Part shown: piece by piece, positions 41,468 through 53,579 of the stretch
Numbering within the stretch: the first letter of the stretch is position 1
Layout of the letters: each line of letters opens with the position of its first letter
From: Anthoceros angustus
Taxonomy: Eukaryota; Plantae; Anthocerotophyta
Assembly: GCA_010909165.1 (NCBI GenBank)
Contig: MU008153.1
Coordinates: 558,001-622,000, forward strand
Length of the DNA: 64,000 nt
Reading direction: 5' to 3'
The notes under the pieces: generated by a model
Told to the model about the DNA's origin: nothing
What the model saw: the letters and a program-made list of their open reading frames with translations, nothing else
The model's database searches: none
Position numbers and translations under genes: made by a program

Positions 41468-44400
41468 AGCATCTAAGCTGTCTTTAACGCTATGGAGGGG
41501 GCCCAGACGGGACTTACACACTGCTCTTGGCTACTCATAAAGGTTGTACGCTGTGCTTTCAAAGTCGTTTTTCCCATTCAGTTTTTCACATCAGCCTCAT
41601 CCCTCACCTGAACCAAGATCACGCGGTGAAATTGGTCATGGCAGGTTCTGAACTTCAAGTCTTCACTCCAGTGGTCTGAGGCGCAGGAGCAGCTATAATT
41701 TTTGTGTGGTGGAGAAGGAGGCAGTCGGAAGTCTCCTTAGAGTGTGATAGTTGTGACACTTTTTTGTACTATCTTTCGGGTTTAGATTCACAAGCGTGTA
41801 GATGGTGGAGAAAACTGTGACCTTGAGTAGTGGGCCAGGCGGAAATGGTTTACTTGTGTCAAAGTCGAGAGAGCTCTCATTGCTTCAGACGGACGGAGGA
41901 CTGGAAGTGCATTCCAAGCGGGCTCGTCGTACACACCAGGACTGTACAGCCGCGCAGCGCTGTTGACATCCCGGTTGACAGCTCCCGGGTCTGTTGCAAC
42001 AGCGTTGCCTCACAGTTTTTTGACATCCGTTGCTTTAGAAGGAAAGGGTGGAAACAGGTCAATGCGCCCCAACCATTTCGGACTACAGATGACTGGATGT
42101 ACACGGATATCCCGACATTGTTTGATGCAGTGGATTTAACAACGAACTTCTGGGACGTTGAGAACAAGAAGATTCCGTCCTACGGAGCCCATAATCCAAT
42201 AAGCATAGTTTAATACAATTCGATATCTGATCATCATCATCTGCGCAAGCCAAACGCCAAACCGCCCCAAATCCTTCGTATACGCTCATTTCCATGAAGC
42301 CCTCATTTAATCAGGCAGTTACCAACTTCCGTTTTGTACAGCTCTGGGGCACATGATCGCAAATCCCCCACACATCAACTCTGATTACTGTCTTGATCTA
42401 CCCTGCACCTGCCATGCATCCACTAATCTGCATCCAAAATGTGCCATTACTGCAAGATTAGAAGGGGATTGTGGTAGGAGATAGGCCAAATCCTGATGAG
42501 TAGGCCGGGCGGAAATGGTTTACCACAGGGGTAACTGCGCAGGAACTGTTGAGCTTCCCGAGCAGGCCCGGCGGCCAGGAGCTAACGACTTGGATTGAAT
42601 GCCCCAAGGCCACATTCCGTTACGGTTACCATTAATTGGTTGATCATGTAGCTCCCCTTGTGTATAAGTGAGTAGAAATAGAGCAGGGTGGCACACAGCA
42701 GCTGATGATAAGGCAGACATGCGGACAAGAAGCCCGATTTTGGCGGCAATGATTCTGCGCTGTGCCTTCTGCAACGACAAAGCAAACGTCATTTGTGGCA
42801 GCCTTCGTTTGGAGGGCTGCGTGGGCCTGGGCATAGCAGCCTGGGGGATTAGAGAGTATGTAGGCAGGCGAGGGGCCTCGCTGCCTCGCAGCTCACAAAA
42901 TCCTTACTTGAAAGTGCAGCTTCTATTCGTCAAATCATGATTGGCAGGACAGAGGTTACAGCAATCCACCCCTTCCGCACCCCAATCTGTTGCAGCAGCC
43001 CGCTTCAACTTCGCGTTTCTGTTGCAAGCGAACGTCTTCCGGAGCCCATAATGCCGCTGTCACCCCTATCTGCCTTCTTGCTTTGCCTCATGACCCCGAG
43101 CATCACCCACTTCACACAAAATCTGGTAATAAGAAGCAAAATTTGAAATTTACGCGTCCCTGTGCAGCAGGACCATGATGCCATACCATTTCCAGCCTTA
43201 AGTTCAGCAGCTGGTTCGGGCAAAGCTATGATGATGCAGCCCCAGGTCATGATCCAAGAATCCAGGCAGCCTACAGCATCAAGTCACTCACAATTCACGG
43301 ACCCAACAGGCGACACAACGTGTAGGTATACAGAGATCCAGGACGACGGGCGTCGTATCTCTTCTCTTGTCTTCACTCCCCCACCTTGCGAGTCAAACCG
43401 ACTCGCCTTTCCTCACGTTGCCCACGACCATTTTCCAAGTCGTTCCTCTCACTGCCCTTGGCACATGCAGCCCTGGGTGACTGGGCCAGCCCTGCCTGTC
43501 CTGCCAGCAAACAATGGACCTGAGGCTGGGCCCTCTTCAATGTGGTGCGCATCATGACCATGACTCCATGTCAGATGCATCATCACCCTACCCCATATCC
43601 CCCCAAGGGATATTAGCCGGTACATCACATCTAACACAACTTGCCAAGCAAAGGACTCTCCCTGTAAGCGCTCGCCAGCTGAGCGCTGATGAGCCAAGCC
43701 CCGCCAAAACGGTGTCAGACTCCACAACAGTCCCCGTCGCGGCACCACCTCTAGTTGTGTGTCCCCGTTGTACCATCCTCTCCCTAACGTCACTGACTAC
43801 TACCTTACGCATCTTTCATACGAAGCCTTTCTGCAGCTCCCATCAGTCGAAACAAGAACAAACAGCTGTTGCCAAAGCATCCCCATCTCTACAGCAGGCC
43901 GGTCTCCCCCACAGTGGAGTCCACAGTCAAGCTTTCAGGACTGCCACGCAAATCTACGCCCGGTCTCCGTCCTTGCTCCATGCAATCCAATACCTCCATA
44001 CAGTATCTACGTACTCCTCACCCTCTCTCCACACACTCCCCATCCCTCCATGTACGTATGTACCTACAAACCACTCACACCATTGAATTGAACACACAAA
44101 CACAACCTACATTCGCAAAGCCAGCAAAACCTTTGCAAAACCTAGAGTCCTCAAGGTAACCGCTCCATGCAATCCCGATACACAATCCTATCCCTCTCAC
44201 GCATGGACATGCTTAATCCAAAAAGAATTACAACATAGACAGTCACATACACACGCAAAGAGGACAGACACATCCACACGCAAAGACAACACAAGACAAC
44301 TCATACCCTAAGGGACCATGCAAGGCAGCGGCCATCGCTCACAGCCACCAAACGTTGGAATGAAGAAGCCAATGTGTAAATGGCTGCATGTTTGACCTTG

Positions 44401-44779
44401 GCAAAAGCCGGAAGACGATGAACAAGAGGTGGCACTGGCAGCGCGGAAGCATGTGCAGGCTTGTCGCCTCCAAGGCGGCGTGCATTGACATGTGTGAGAT
44501 GCGGTTCAGGCTTACCTCACCCGCTTTTGACCGCATCTCTGCTGCATGCGCTGCTCCTCCTCCTGCTCCTCATGCTGATGCTCTGCTTGTGCTGCCCGCC
44601 TTTCGAGCTTCCACACTCCATCGCTCCCTGTTGGATGCTTCCGCTAGCTTCCTTCCTCCTTGCATGCGCATTGCGCACACTCGAACGCGCCTCCCATGCA
44701 CGATGCGCAGAATGATTATGCCTTTTCACACGGACCGCTTCGCGCTTTTTCCTGATCTGTACCGCAAAGCGTATTTAGA

Positions 44780-44815
44780 CTGGATACTGGATACTGGATA
44801 CTGGATACTGGATAC
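44780..44815 (+). repeat. (TGGATAC)n 7 bp minisatellite
   Basis: Five perfect tandem copies. Confidence 0.9.
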
Positions 44816-45171
44816 GGCGGTACTACATACATACACCATGTCCGGGCCGACCCCGTTACCGTGGAGCGGGGCTCCGCTGGGTTTGTTTTTTTCCCAGCCG
44901 AGGAATCTGGGGGATAAGTACAGTTCCTGTTCCACACGCAGTGCGTTACAGACTGTCGAGAAGATTTTGGCGCGCGGACCTCCAGGCCATTACAGCAGCC
45001 CTGTTTGCCTTAGCAGTCCTGGTCCTATTCAGCTGTTTGCACCCTGTTTGGCTTGTGTTATCGTATCAAGTCGCGGTCCGTGGCATGCTGGCTCATGGCG
45101 GATGAGAGGCGTATAGCAGGAAATTAAAAGTGGGAAGGCACCGCGGGTGGGACCACGGTTAGGGCGGACAC

Positions 45172-45732
45172 TGTTTAGGGGACTTTAGGCCGCGGTAAGT
45201 GGGTCCCAGCCGTCGGGTGGGACCCCGGGTTTGGCAGCGGTAGTAGGTAACTGGCAGCGCGACGGGCCCACCAAGGTTAGAGGAGGGGCCTTCCCGTTAG
45301 CTGGACGTACTGCGTCGTACCACAGCCGGGTTGCTGCTGCCCTACAAACTCTTGATCTCCGTGAGAGGGCGCGGCCGGCCCGGATTGGGCTGCAGTTGTC
45401 CCTCGGAAACGTCCATACGCTGTTGTCTTTGTCAACCCCTACCATGTTACTTGTCAGATTTTGTAATCAATCCACCTGTTATGCTGTTATGGATTTCTGT
45501 GGATCGGATTGTGGGTTGGGCTATCCAGTGCCCTCCAACTACTTACAAAAGTGAATTCTTGTTTCTTTGTTTATACAAAGAGCTCGTTATACTCTCTCTT
45601 CATCCATAAAATCTCTTGCTTTTTTGTGGTATAAGTTGTACTACAGAGGATTATTATGAAAGAAAGTAATCGTGTCAATATGAATCTTGTGTAAGTATTT
45701 ATGCTTAAAATTTTAGGAACCTGGTAAAAACA
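45172..45732 (+). mobile_element. Possible isolated LTR (~560 bp)
   Basis: TGTTT...AAACA termini, preceded by purine-rich ggttagggcggacac; GC-rich then T-rich halves; no matching target-site duplication seen. Confidence 0.35.
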
Positions 45733-46332
45733 TAGAGATTTATTTGGTCTCACATTTGAAACCCAACCATGCACTCTTCTCTGATAGGCAACTGGCAGTC
45801 GAGCAGTGGGTAAAGTTTGGCGAGATTGTAATGCCCCAAGCTTAGGGAGGGACTTGAGTTGTCTAACTCAATAGGTCAACCACGGTAGTGGTATTTGAAG
45901 ATGTTGGAACAGAGTATAGACCAAGTGTGAATGGAATGGGATAGGTACTCAACAAGCAACCCAAAAGAATGTGTTGTTTGGCATAATGATTCTTTTACAT
46001 GATGTATTCATACATCCAAAGCTTTTTAAGAATAACATAACATCCCTTTATGTTGTATATGTGGAGAAGCTATGAGAATAATAACACAAACATTCCTATC
46101 AAACGTATCTATATCTATAAAGAGTGTATGTCTATGGGTAGACTCTTCCAATCCTTTTATAACCAACAACTTCAAAGAATCGTATACTATTACAAACCAA
46201 TGATATATATTATATAGATGTGGAGGTGCATCTTTCTTCCTTATGAAAAAGACGTGGTTTAAGGAAAGCACGTGCTTCAATGAACCAAAGAGCCTCTCTT
46301 GTAAAGTGACAAGAAGAAGAGAAAATCCACTC

Positions 46333-46606
46333 AAGCCTACTAAAGACAACATACTGTCAAGAGTTATAAGGAATACAATATTCGTCTAGTGCATTGAAGC
46401 CTACTAGAGACAATATGACACCATTTTGTCAAGAGTTATAAGGAATACAATATTCGTCTACTCCAGTGTGAAGTGTGCTAAAGACAACATTTTATCAAGA
46501 GTTATAAGGAATATAGTATTCGTCTTCCTAACCAGGGATCCACATCCTTGTGTTATGCTAAAGACAACATTTTGTCAAGAGTTATAAGGAATATAGTATT
46601 AGTCTA
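46333..46606. repeat. Four ~48 bp direct repeats separated by variable linkers
   Basis: ctaaagacaacattttgtcaagagttataaggaata(c/t)a(a/g)tattcgtct at ~46340, ~46417 (5' end altered), ~46478, ~46558. Confidence 0.85.
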
Positions 46607-48554
46607 CCAAACCACGTCCTTATGTTCGTGGTCTACATCCTTGTGTTCCTCCTCTTTTTCTCTTTGTAAAAGATCTACATGGATCGTTAGAATTCTAAAT
46701 AATAAAATATTTTTTGCATGACAGTGGACTGTAAAAGAAAATATTCAAATTGAATTCAACTCAATAAAAGGTGGTCTTCTCCTGAAAGAACTCACACATG
46801 GGAGTCCGGCCTGCCCCACTTTAACGAGTCGACATAAATTTTGACATAGATATATTAGCCTTGCAACTATTTTCCTCTCTTAAAAATATATAGCAGCCCT
46901 TTCCTACCACTATATGCGTTGGGACAAGTTGCGTGCGTCATCTGTAAAATAACGAATACATAAATGCATGGATGTACCTGTACATGTTACGTTGCAGGGA
47001 GGAGACCAGGTCGGAAAGCAAGGAAAGGAGGAAGAATGTCGGAAAGGAGACTGAGCAAGTTGTGTGACCGGGTGTGAGAGAGAAGGAGAGGAGAGTCTGC
47101 TGAGAGAGCGCAACTCGTGGAACGGAGCGGGGGACGCTGGAGCGAGATATGGCTTTTGGTGGTACGCGGAAGGAAGGCATCTTATCATTATGGCCGGCCA
47201 CGGTCTCGATGTGTGGAGCCCAAAAGGAGAGGGCGGAGATGGGGCTCCTCCTCTCCAAGCTCCATTACCATTAGCAGCCATAGCCATAGCTCGTAGCTCG
47301 TAGCTCGTAGCTCAGAGCCCACAAGCCATAGCCGTAGCCGTGGCTGGGTAACAAGGTGGGCATTGCAATAATGGGCGATGCGTATGTGGTATGTACCTCC
47401 CTTATCGATCTGCTCGTCGTGGTGGGCTGTGGCTCCAAGCAGAACACGGCTGCCAGACAGCCGGTAACGCTGCCTCGTATGCGCAAATGGGCAAACACCG
47501 ACGCGGGCGCCCAGTAAAAGCGACAGGGACACGGCAATGCGTGCGGATGCGGCTTCCTGGGCAGACAGCGAAATTTAAGGCTTTCCGCGGCGTCCACGGC
47601 TCCGATGCCTGCAAGCGGGGATGGACGATGGAGCCCAGGACGCCGGACGATGGAGCAGGAGCCAGCAGCCCACAGGACCCAGGACCCAGGACGGGGGTGG
47701 GCCTGCAATGCATCAGCAGGAACTGGAGCAGCAGGAGCAGAGGAGGAGGAGGAACCGTGGCACTGCACTGCACTGCACATCACCCCGGGCGGGACCCGCC
47801 ATCTCTGCAGCTGCAGCTGCACCTGCACCTGCTGCTGCTCTCTCTCTCGCTTCTCGCTTCTCGCTTCTCGCTTCTGCCACAGTTTGGGGTGTCCTTGGAC
47901 GCGCCAGGGCCAGGCAGACAGACAGGCGTGTCAGCAACTAGTGCAGGACTCGAGACGCTCCATTCAGCGAACACCGCTTCTCCGACTCCTGCTGCTGCTG
48001 CTGCTGCAGCTGCTGCACTTGCTGGGCAATGCTGGCCCACGCTGGGTCCTGCGGCCCCGAAATGCAGCAAATCGCATTGAATCGCATTCCCACTTCCCCG
48101 CTCCTTGTCCGGATAGATTAATCCCGCCCTTGAATGCATCTCACATCCGTCCACCCCTTGCCTGATTCGGGCCGATCGTGATGGAGGCGGAGCTCCAGCT
48201 TCTCCCTCCTCCCCGGGTCCCCGTCTCGGGAGTCGGGTCACTCGAGCGGGTCCATGTGCGGCCAGGCCCGGGCCCGGCCCCCCCGTCCCCCGCCTCCTGG
48301 GATTAGCCCGTTCCGTTCTTGTGTTGGAAGCATCGCCCACCTGCCAGCGCCATGGCCCATGGCCCTCTGGCACCAAAGCACTATCTCCTCCGCAGGAGGG
48401 AGACGGCGATGGATGGAGAATCTCGGTCCGTGAGCTGACTCTGCATCTCTACTTCTCTGTATTTTTATCGTCATGGCATGGAGGAGAAGCTCCCAGTGTA
48501 GAAGAATGCTGAAAGCAAGTATCGCACCCTAAGGTCTCCCCCGTGTCCAGACAC

Positions 48555-48702
48555 GTTTGCCGTTTGTGGGTTGTTCAGGAGAGAACGTTTGCAGTTGTGG
48601 GTCGTCAAGGAGAGAAGGTTTGCAGTTTGTGGGTAAAATAGGAGCTCGAGAACGTCTGCAGTTTGTGGGTTGTTTAGGAGAGAACGTACGCAGTTTGTGG
48701 AT
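48555..48702. repeat. Degenerate ~33 bp tandem repeat x4-5
   Basis: ttgcagtttgtgggttgtt..ggagagaacgt units. Confidence 0.7.
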
Positions 48703-48965
48703 TGTTTCCATCTGTTGTTGTATTTTGTGATCGGGTTCCCATCCTCTGAGTATATCATGTACCAACCAGCTTGGGAAGAGCAGGGGGTCATAGTGAGATG
48801 GAGGAGTTAATTCTGTGTTTCTGAAGTGACGTTGTATTCTGTGATGTTACCCCTGGTTTGAATGATTCCATGTAGATACCATAGGACAGGTTGGGGAGAC
48901 CCGAGGACCAGAGCGGGATGGAGGAGTTATTCCCCATGTGTGGAACCATCTACTCCATGCACTGG

Positions 48966-49063
48966 GATTTGCAAGCACGCCATTTCTTTCATTCCAAATG
49001 CTCGCAATTTCAACGGATTTGCAAGCACGCCATTTCTTTCATTCCAAATGCTCGCAATTTCAA
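48966..49063. repeat. ~49 bp perfect tandem duplication
   Basis: ggatttgcaagcacgccatttctttcattccaaatgctcgcaatttcaac twice. Confidence 0.9.
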
Positions 49064-51135
49064 CCAATCTACATCAGTTGTGGGCGCAGAGGCTTTACTC
49101 CAATCAACTTCTTGCGATGGTGACGATGCTCTCCCGGTATTACGACTGTCGTTACTCATCATCGTCGGCATAAAAAACGGAGATAGAATCTCCAGCCTTG
49201 ACTCCAGTGCCCGGGGCCTTGCCTGCGGCACCTCGGACTTGGGTCGTGCAGGCCGAGGAGATAATGGGTTTGTAACAGAGTTCCTACAGACGTCGTCAGA
49301 AGTTGGTTTTGTGAAACCGTCCTTGACGTAGGTCTGTGGAGTATGAGGATTTGCATGACTCATGGACGGATTAGTCTAAAACCAACACTAGTGCGAGACA
49401 CATCGGCCTCTTCATCCAGTAGTCGTGGCCGTTTGCCATGGCGTCGTGCTCTGACTGACATAGTTTGCGTGTAGGATCGACAAGGGCAACCGGTGGCAAC
49501 AGTTGTTGTTGCTGTTGCTTGCTTTGCTTGCTTTGCTTGATTGCTTGTCTGCTTCCTGGGGGAGGGAGTTGATTTACCGAGGTGAACGCAAGCACAGGGT
49601 GCGGAGACTGGAGAGCAGAGGGTGGAGAGGAAGGAGATATCATGCCTGGTGCAGCTGCGGCAGGTGCCTGCACTTGCAGGGATCGCAAATGCATTTGGAG
49701 GTGATGATGGAGGGGAGGTGAGTGGGTGATTGTGGCTGCCTCCCAAGCCCAGACACGAGCTTTACTGTAGAGAGAGGTGGATTAGGCCCGGAGCCCGGTG
49801 ATGCAAGTGAGGCCTATGATTAGAGCGTCTAAACTGTCTGCTGCCCGGGAGACAGCATAAAGGGGAGAGAGAGATTCAAAGCCCCCGGGAGCCCGGGCCA
49901 GGCCACCATCGCCACACCTGCAGCCATGCTCTCTGCTCTCTGTTCCTGTTCCTCTGTTCCTGCTGCTTTTCTTCTCTTTTCTTGGCTTCGCTTCTCCGAG
50001 TCCCTGTCTTCGCTCCTCCACTCTATCTCTTTCACAGTCCTTTCTCTTCTCTCAGCCTAGCTTAGCAAGCAAGAAGCCTGTGTGTGAGTCCCGCCTCCAG
50101 CAGTAGCAGCAGCAGCAGCAGCAGCTGCAGCTGCCTTCAAATACCCGCCTTTTGCTCTTTCTTATCCCTCTCAGCTGCGGCAGCCGCTCCTAAGCGCCCA
50201 GGGTCTTGTCTGTGCCCCTCTTGTGTTGTGCAACAGCCTAGCCGGCTGCAGCCTTCCCAAGGCTCTCATCTCGCGGCTCTCCTTTCCCCTCTGAGACTGC
50301 TGGGCTGGAGAGAGAGCTCTAGCTCCAGCTCCAGCTCCAGCTCCAGCTGTGTCTGTGTCTGTGCTGTCGGAGAAGTAGAGCTGCATCTTGGCTCGGGAGG
50401 CACAATTCGAAGCTGGCTTTGAGCTGTTGGGCAAGAGTGAATTAGCTTGAGCTCCACGCTAGCTTGGTTCAGGCAATGCGGCTTCTCGGAGCTGCATTGT
50501 TGTCCGCCGAATAGCAGAGGGGAGAGGGTGAGGATATCTGTAGCCTCCAGCTTGCTGTTCCTTCAGGTCTGCTTCTTGCTGGAGCAAATTCGGTGGTTTG
50601 CTTGCATGCCGCTGCTGCTGCTGCGTTTTGCAAGCTCAGCCCAGCTGAAGAATCGGTGGAGTGTCCAGAAGGGAGAGTGAGAGAGTGAAGAAAGGAAGGA
50701 AGGAAGGAAGGAAGGAGGGAAAGGGAGCTTTGAGCTTGGAGAGGTTTGTGGGCTTTAACGGGTTGGTGTGGAGTCAGTCGGAGGCCGCTTTCGGTGGGAG
50801 GAGGATGCTTTCCGGGAGCGAAGGTAGCAGCAGGAGGAGCATCGCAGCCCGATAGCACCCAATTCTGAAAACCCCTTCAAAACCCTGCAGATCGGGCGCC
50901 GAGAGCAAGCTGGGCGGATCAATTGGGCAGGCCTGGGCCGAGGTAGAGCGGTCTCGTGGTCTGACTTGCTCTGACAAAGTCGGTGCTTGGAATCGGATGA
51001 GGGTCGTGGCACCACGACATGAGCTGCTTGTCGACAAACGGTGCTTGAATCCGTTCCGTTTCTGAGGAAGAAGCAGGCATCGCCATCGCCATCTGCAGCT
51101 GCATCCGGCAATCGATCGAAGAGCTCATCGCTGCA

Positions 51136-51949
51136 ATGGGGCCGGCCTGTGCCAGTCTGAGGAGAAATGGGGCCTGCAGATTGGGATTGCTCTTCTATTG
51201 CCTCGTATTTCTCTTGATGCTCGTCAGCCTCCAAGCGCGCCTGGTGCTCGGCCGCGCTACTCTGGGTGAGTCTCACACACAGACCCATTCTCGCATTTCG
51301 CATTCGCATTGCATGCAGTGCGCACATTCTACATTTTCCTGTTTCAATTCTCTCAGTTCATGTACTTGCTTGGTTGGTGAAAATTTGCAATGCCATGCAT
51401 GCTTATGTTGTACAAGGTCTGCATACAAATCTGTGGATCAGAAAGACTGCATACAAGTCTTTCAAGTCCGGAAGAGAGGTCCAACCCAATTTGTTCGTGT
51501 TTTTCATCTCATGATTCCCGAATGTCATGTGATGTTCTGGCAGGCGTCATTCTCCCCAGTCGAGAAACCGGCGAGGCAACGACCCACCACCATCACCGCG
51601 TTATGCAGGAGGTAAGCCCAACAAACGATGCTCACATTGCATTAATCCATCACATTCCACTTACATTGAATTGAGGCAGAATTGAGGCATCACATGGTAT
51701 CCTGGACCACAGATGGGCTGAGCTGACGAATGGGATTGGGAATTGCAGGCCTCAGTAGGCGGGGACGACAGAGGCGATGCGGATCGGCAGCTGATCGGCT
51801 CCTCCCCGCCCAAATGCAGCTCCAAATGCGGGAGATGCACTCCCTGCAGGCCTGTGCATGTGCCCATCCAGCCGGGGACGCTGCTGCCGGCCGAGTACTA
51901 CCCCGAGGCCTGGAGATGCAAGTGCGGCAATAAGCTCTACATGCCGTGA
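51136..51949 (+). CDS. EPFL: EPIDERMAL PATTERNING FACTOR-like secreted cysteine-rich peptide, EPFL4/5/6 (CHALLAH) type; exons 51136-51265, 51544-51611, 51749-51949
   Basis: Hydrophobic signal region LGLLFYCLVFLLMLVSLQA; mature peptide IGSSPPKCSSKCGRCTPCRPVHVPIQPGTLLPAEYYPEAWRCKCGNKLYMP with six Cys; in-frame GT-AG junctions. Confidence 0.95.
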
Positions 51950-53030
51950 CAGGCAGGAGATGGCATCATGCTTGTCTCAGGCTTTCGGAATAAGTGGACC
52001 TGGTTGCAGGATGCTTCTGGAGTGGGTCCATAAGACTCATGTCCAGGGGCTTCCTTGCTCGCTTCCCCACCTTGGGCTTCTGAGCTGGGTGGAGCACTCT
52101 TGATCTGTGTTCCACATGCTGGGCCTCCAAATGAAGAGACAGGGTCTTCCTGTCGGATGAAATGGCCGCGTGTGGAGCAGTTTGAGAATCAAGTGTAACA
52201 TAACACATACCTAGATTGATCACACTCTCCTCTTGCTGTCGCTGCTGCTGCTGCTGCTGCTGCCGAGGGCTGGGTGCGTCAGCAACGCCAGGATTATGAA
52301 CATTCTTTCATATATATCTAGCTAGATATATGAGGCATTAGGAGGTATATCAGAGGTCTGCTAATGTTGAGCTAACATAGATCTGAAGAAGCAGGGAAGG
52401 GACAGCTCCTTCTCACCACATACTTCTCATCTCTGGAATTGTGTTTGGACACAATAGCTATTTGCTGATGCATCTCGAGTGAAGGATGCAATCTTGTGAT
52501 GGGGGTGCTTCCCTCCTTGACCTGAGGCAGGGATGTATCCGTTTTTACTGCTGCTGCATCTTTCTGAGTCAGGGATGTATCTGCTCTTACTGCTGCTGCA
52601 TGTTTCCTTGACTCAGAGGTGCATCTATTTTATAGCCAAGGATGTCTTGTTGCTGATTTGTTCTTGCTGCTGATTTGTTTCCCTTGCTTAAACGACTGCG
52701 TGGAGCTAAAAAGATGTGCTGTACAATTTGCAGTGTTGTGAACAGAATTGTGGGCCATTACTCTTTGCCGATTAGTAGAAGTAGTATACAAGGAACCCAC
52801 CATGTGTCCGGAATGTGGACGTTGAAGGACTCCGGATTCTGCAGTAGATTGCCTGGGCCATGTGCGGCAGCCAGTGACAGGGACGTCAATAGATTCCGCC
52901 TGCACCAAATTTGACTGTGGAAAAGCCTGGCAAATCTGTTTAGCTCTGCTCTGCTGCTTCTACTGCTGGCTATCTGATCTCAGCATTGTCCTCCCGTGCT
53001 GCAGTCATTCGAGCCTTCACACCTTCCATC

Positions 53031-53579
53031 CTAGTGCCTACGTTTCCTCTTCCTCTTGACCCTCTCCTCCTTCTCCTCCTCCTCCTCCTCCTCTTCTTCA
53101 ACTTCCTCTTCCTTCCTCCGTTCTGCTGTCCTCGGTTGCAAGTCCTCGGGTAGGTCATCATCCAGAGCGGGCCTGAGCTTAGGGTTCTTCAGCTGCTGCG
53201 TCCTGGAGGGGCGTGACATGTACACCCTCTCATTCTTGCACTCGTAAGTCCAGTGACCTGGTTGACAGCATTTCTGGCACACCATTCTGTGCTGCGCCCC
53301 GCCATCCCCTCCCTTCACAGACTTGACATCTTTTCTCACACCCAGTTTCACCGCCTTCTCCGTGCTCATCAGATACATCTGCCGCTTGGCTTCCTTGCGT
53401 TCTTGCCATCGGCTCGGCCCCTCTTCCTTCTGCCCATACGCGTTCACGTTCCGAGCTGCTGCTGCGGCAGCCCGTTCCGCCTGTGCCCTGCTCAGTCCCT
53501 TGGCTGCAGTCAGAGCTGCTGCCTTGATCCTGTCTGCCGCTGCTGCCGCGGCATCCGCGTTCTCCTTCTTCGTCGCCAT
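53031..53579 (-). CDS. ZCCHC10-like zinc knuckle protein, single coding exon
   Basis: RNVNAYGQKEEGPSRWQE...MYLMSTEKA; knuckle CQKCCQPGHWTYECKNERVYMSRPSRTQQLKNPKL; acidic tract and basic NLS-like tail. Confidence 0.9.
   Translation of the reverse strand: MATKKENADAAAAAADRIKAAALTAAKGLSRAQAERAAAAAARNVNAYGQKEEGPSRWQERKEAKRQMYLMSTEKAVKLGVRKDVKSVKGGDGGAQHRMVCQKCCQPGHWTYECKNERVYMSRPSRTQQLKNPKLRPALDDDLPEDLQPRTAERRKEEEVEEEEEEEEEKEERVKRKRKRRH

Noticed and set aside
46333-46606. CRISPR array
   Set aside because: Plant nuclear context, no cas genes, and linkers are uneven and share sequence with each other
47803-47831. miR530/miR1030-like sequence ctgcagctgcacctgcacct
   Set aside because: Lies in a CTGCA(G/C) low-complexity run, has mismatches to the recalled miRNA, and has no complementary arm nearby
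47271-48376. Several 180-230 aa overlapping ORFs
   Set aside because: Low-complexity GC-rich repeats open all frames; no domain or peptide-hormone motif (CLE, RALF, DVL) found
52503-52525. miR390/TAS3-like target site
   Set aside because: Needs gaps to align; no second site or tasiARF sequence seen
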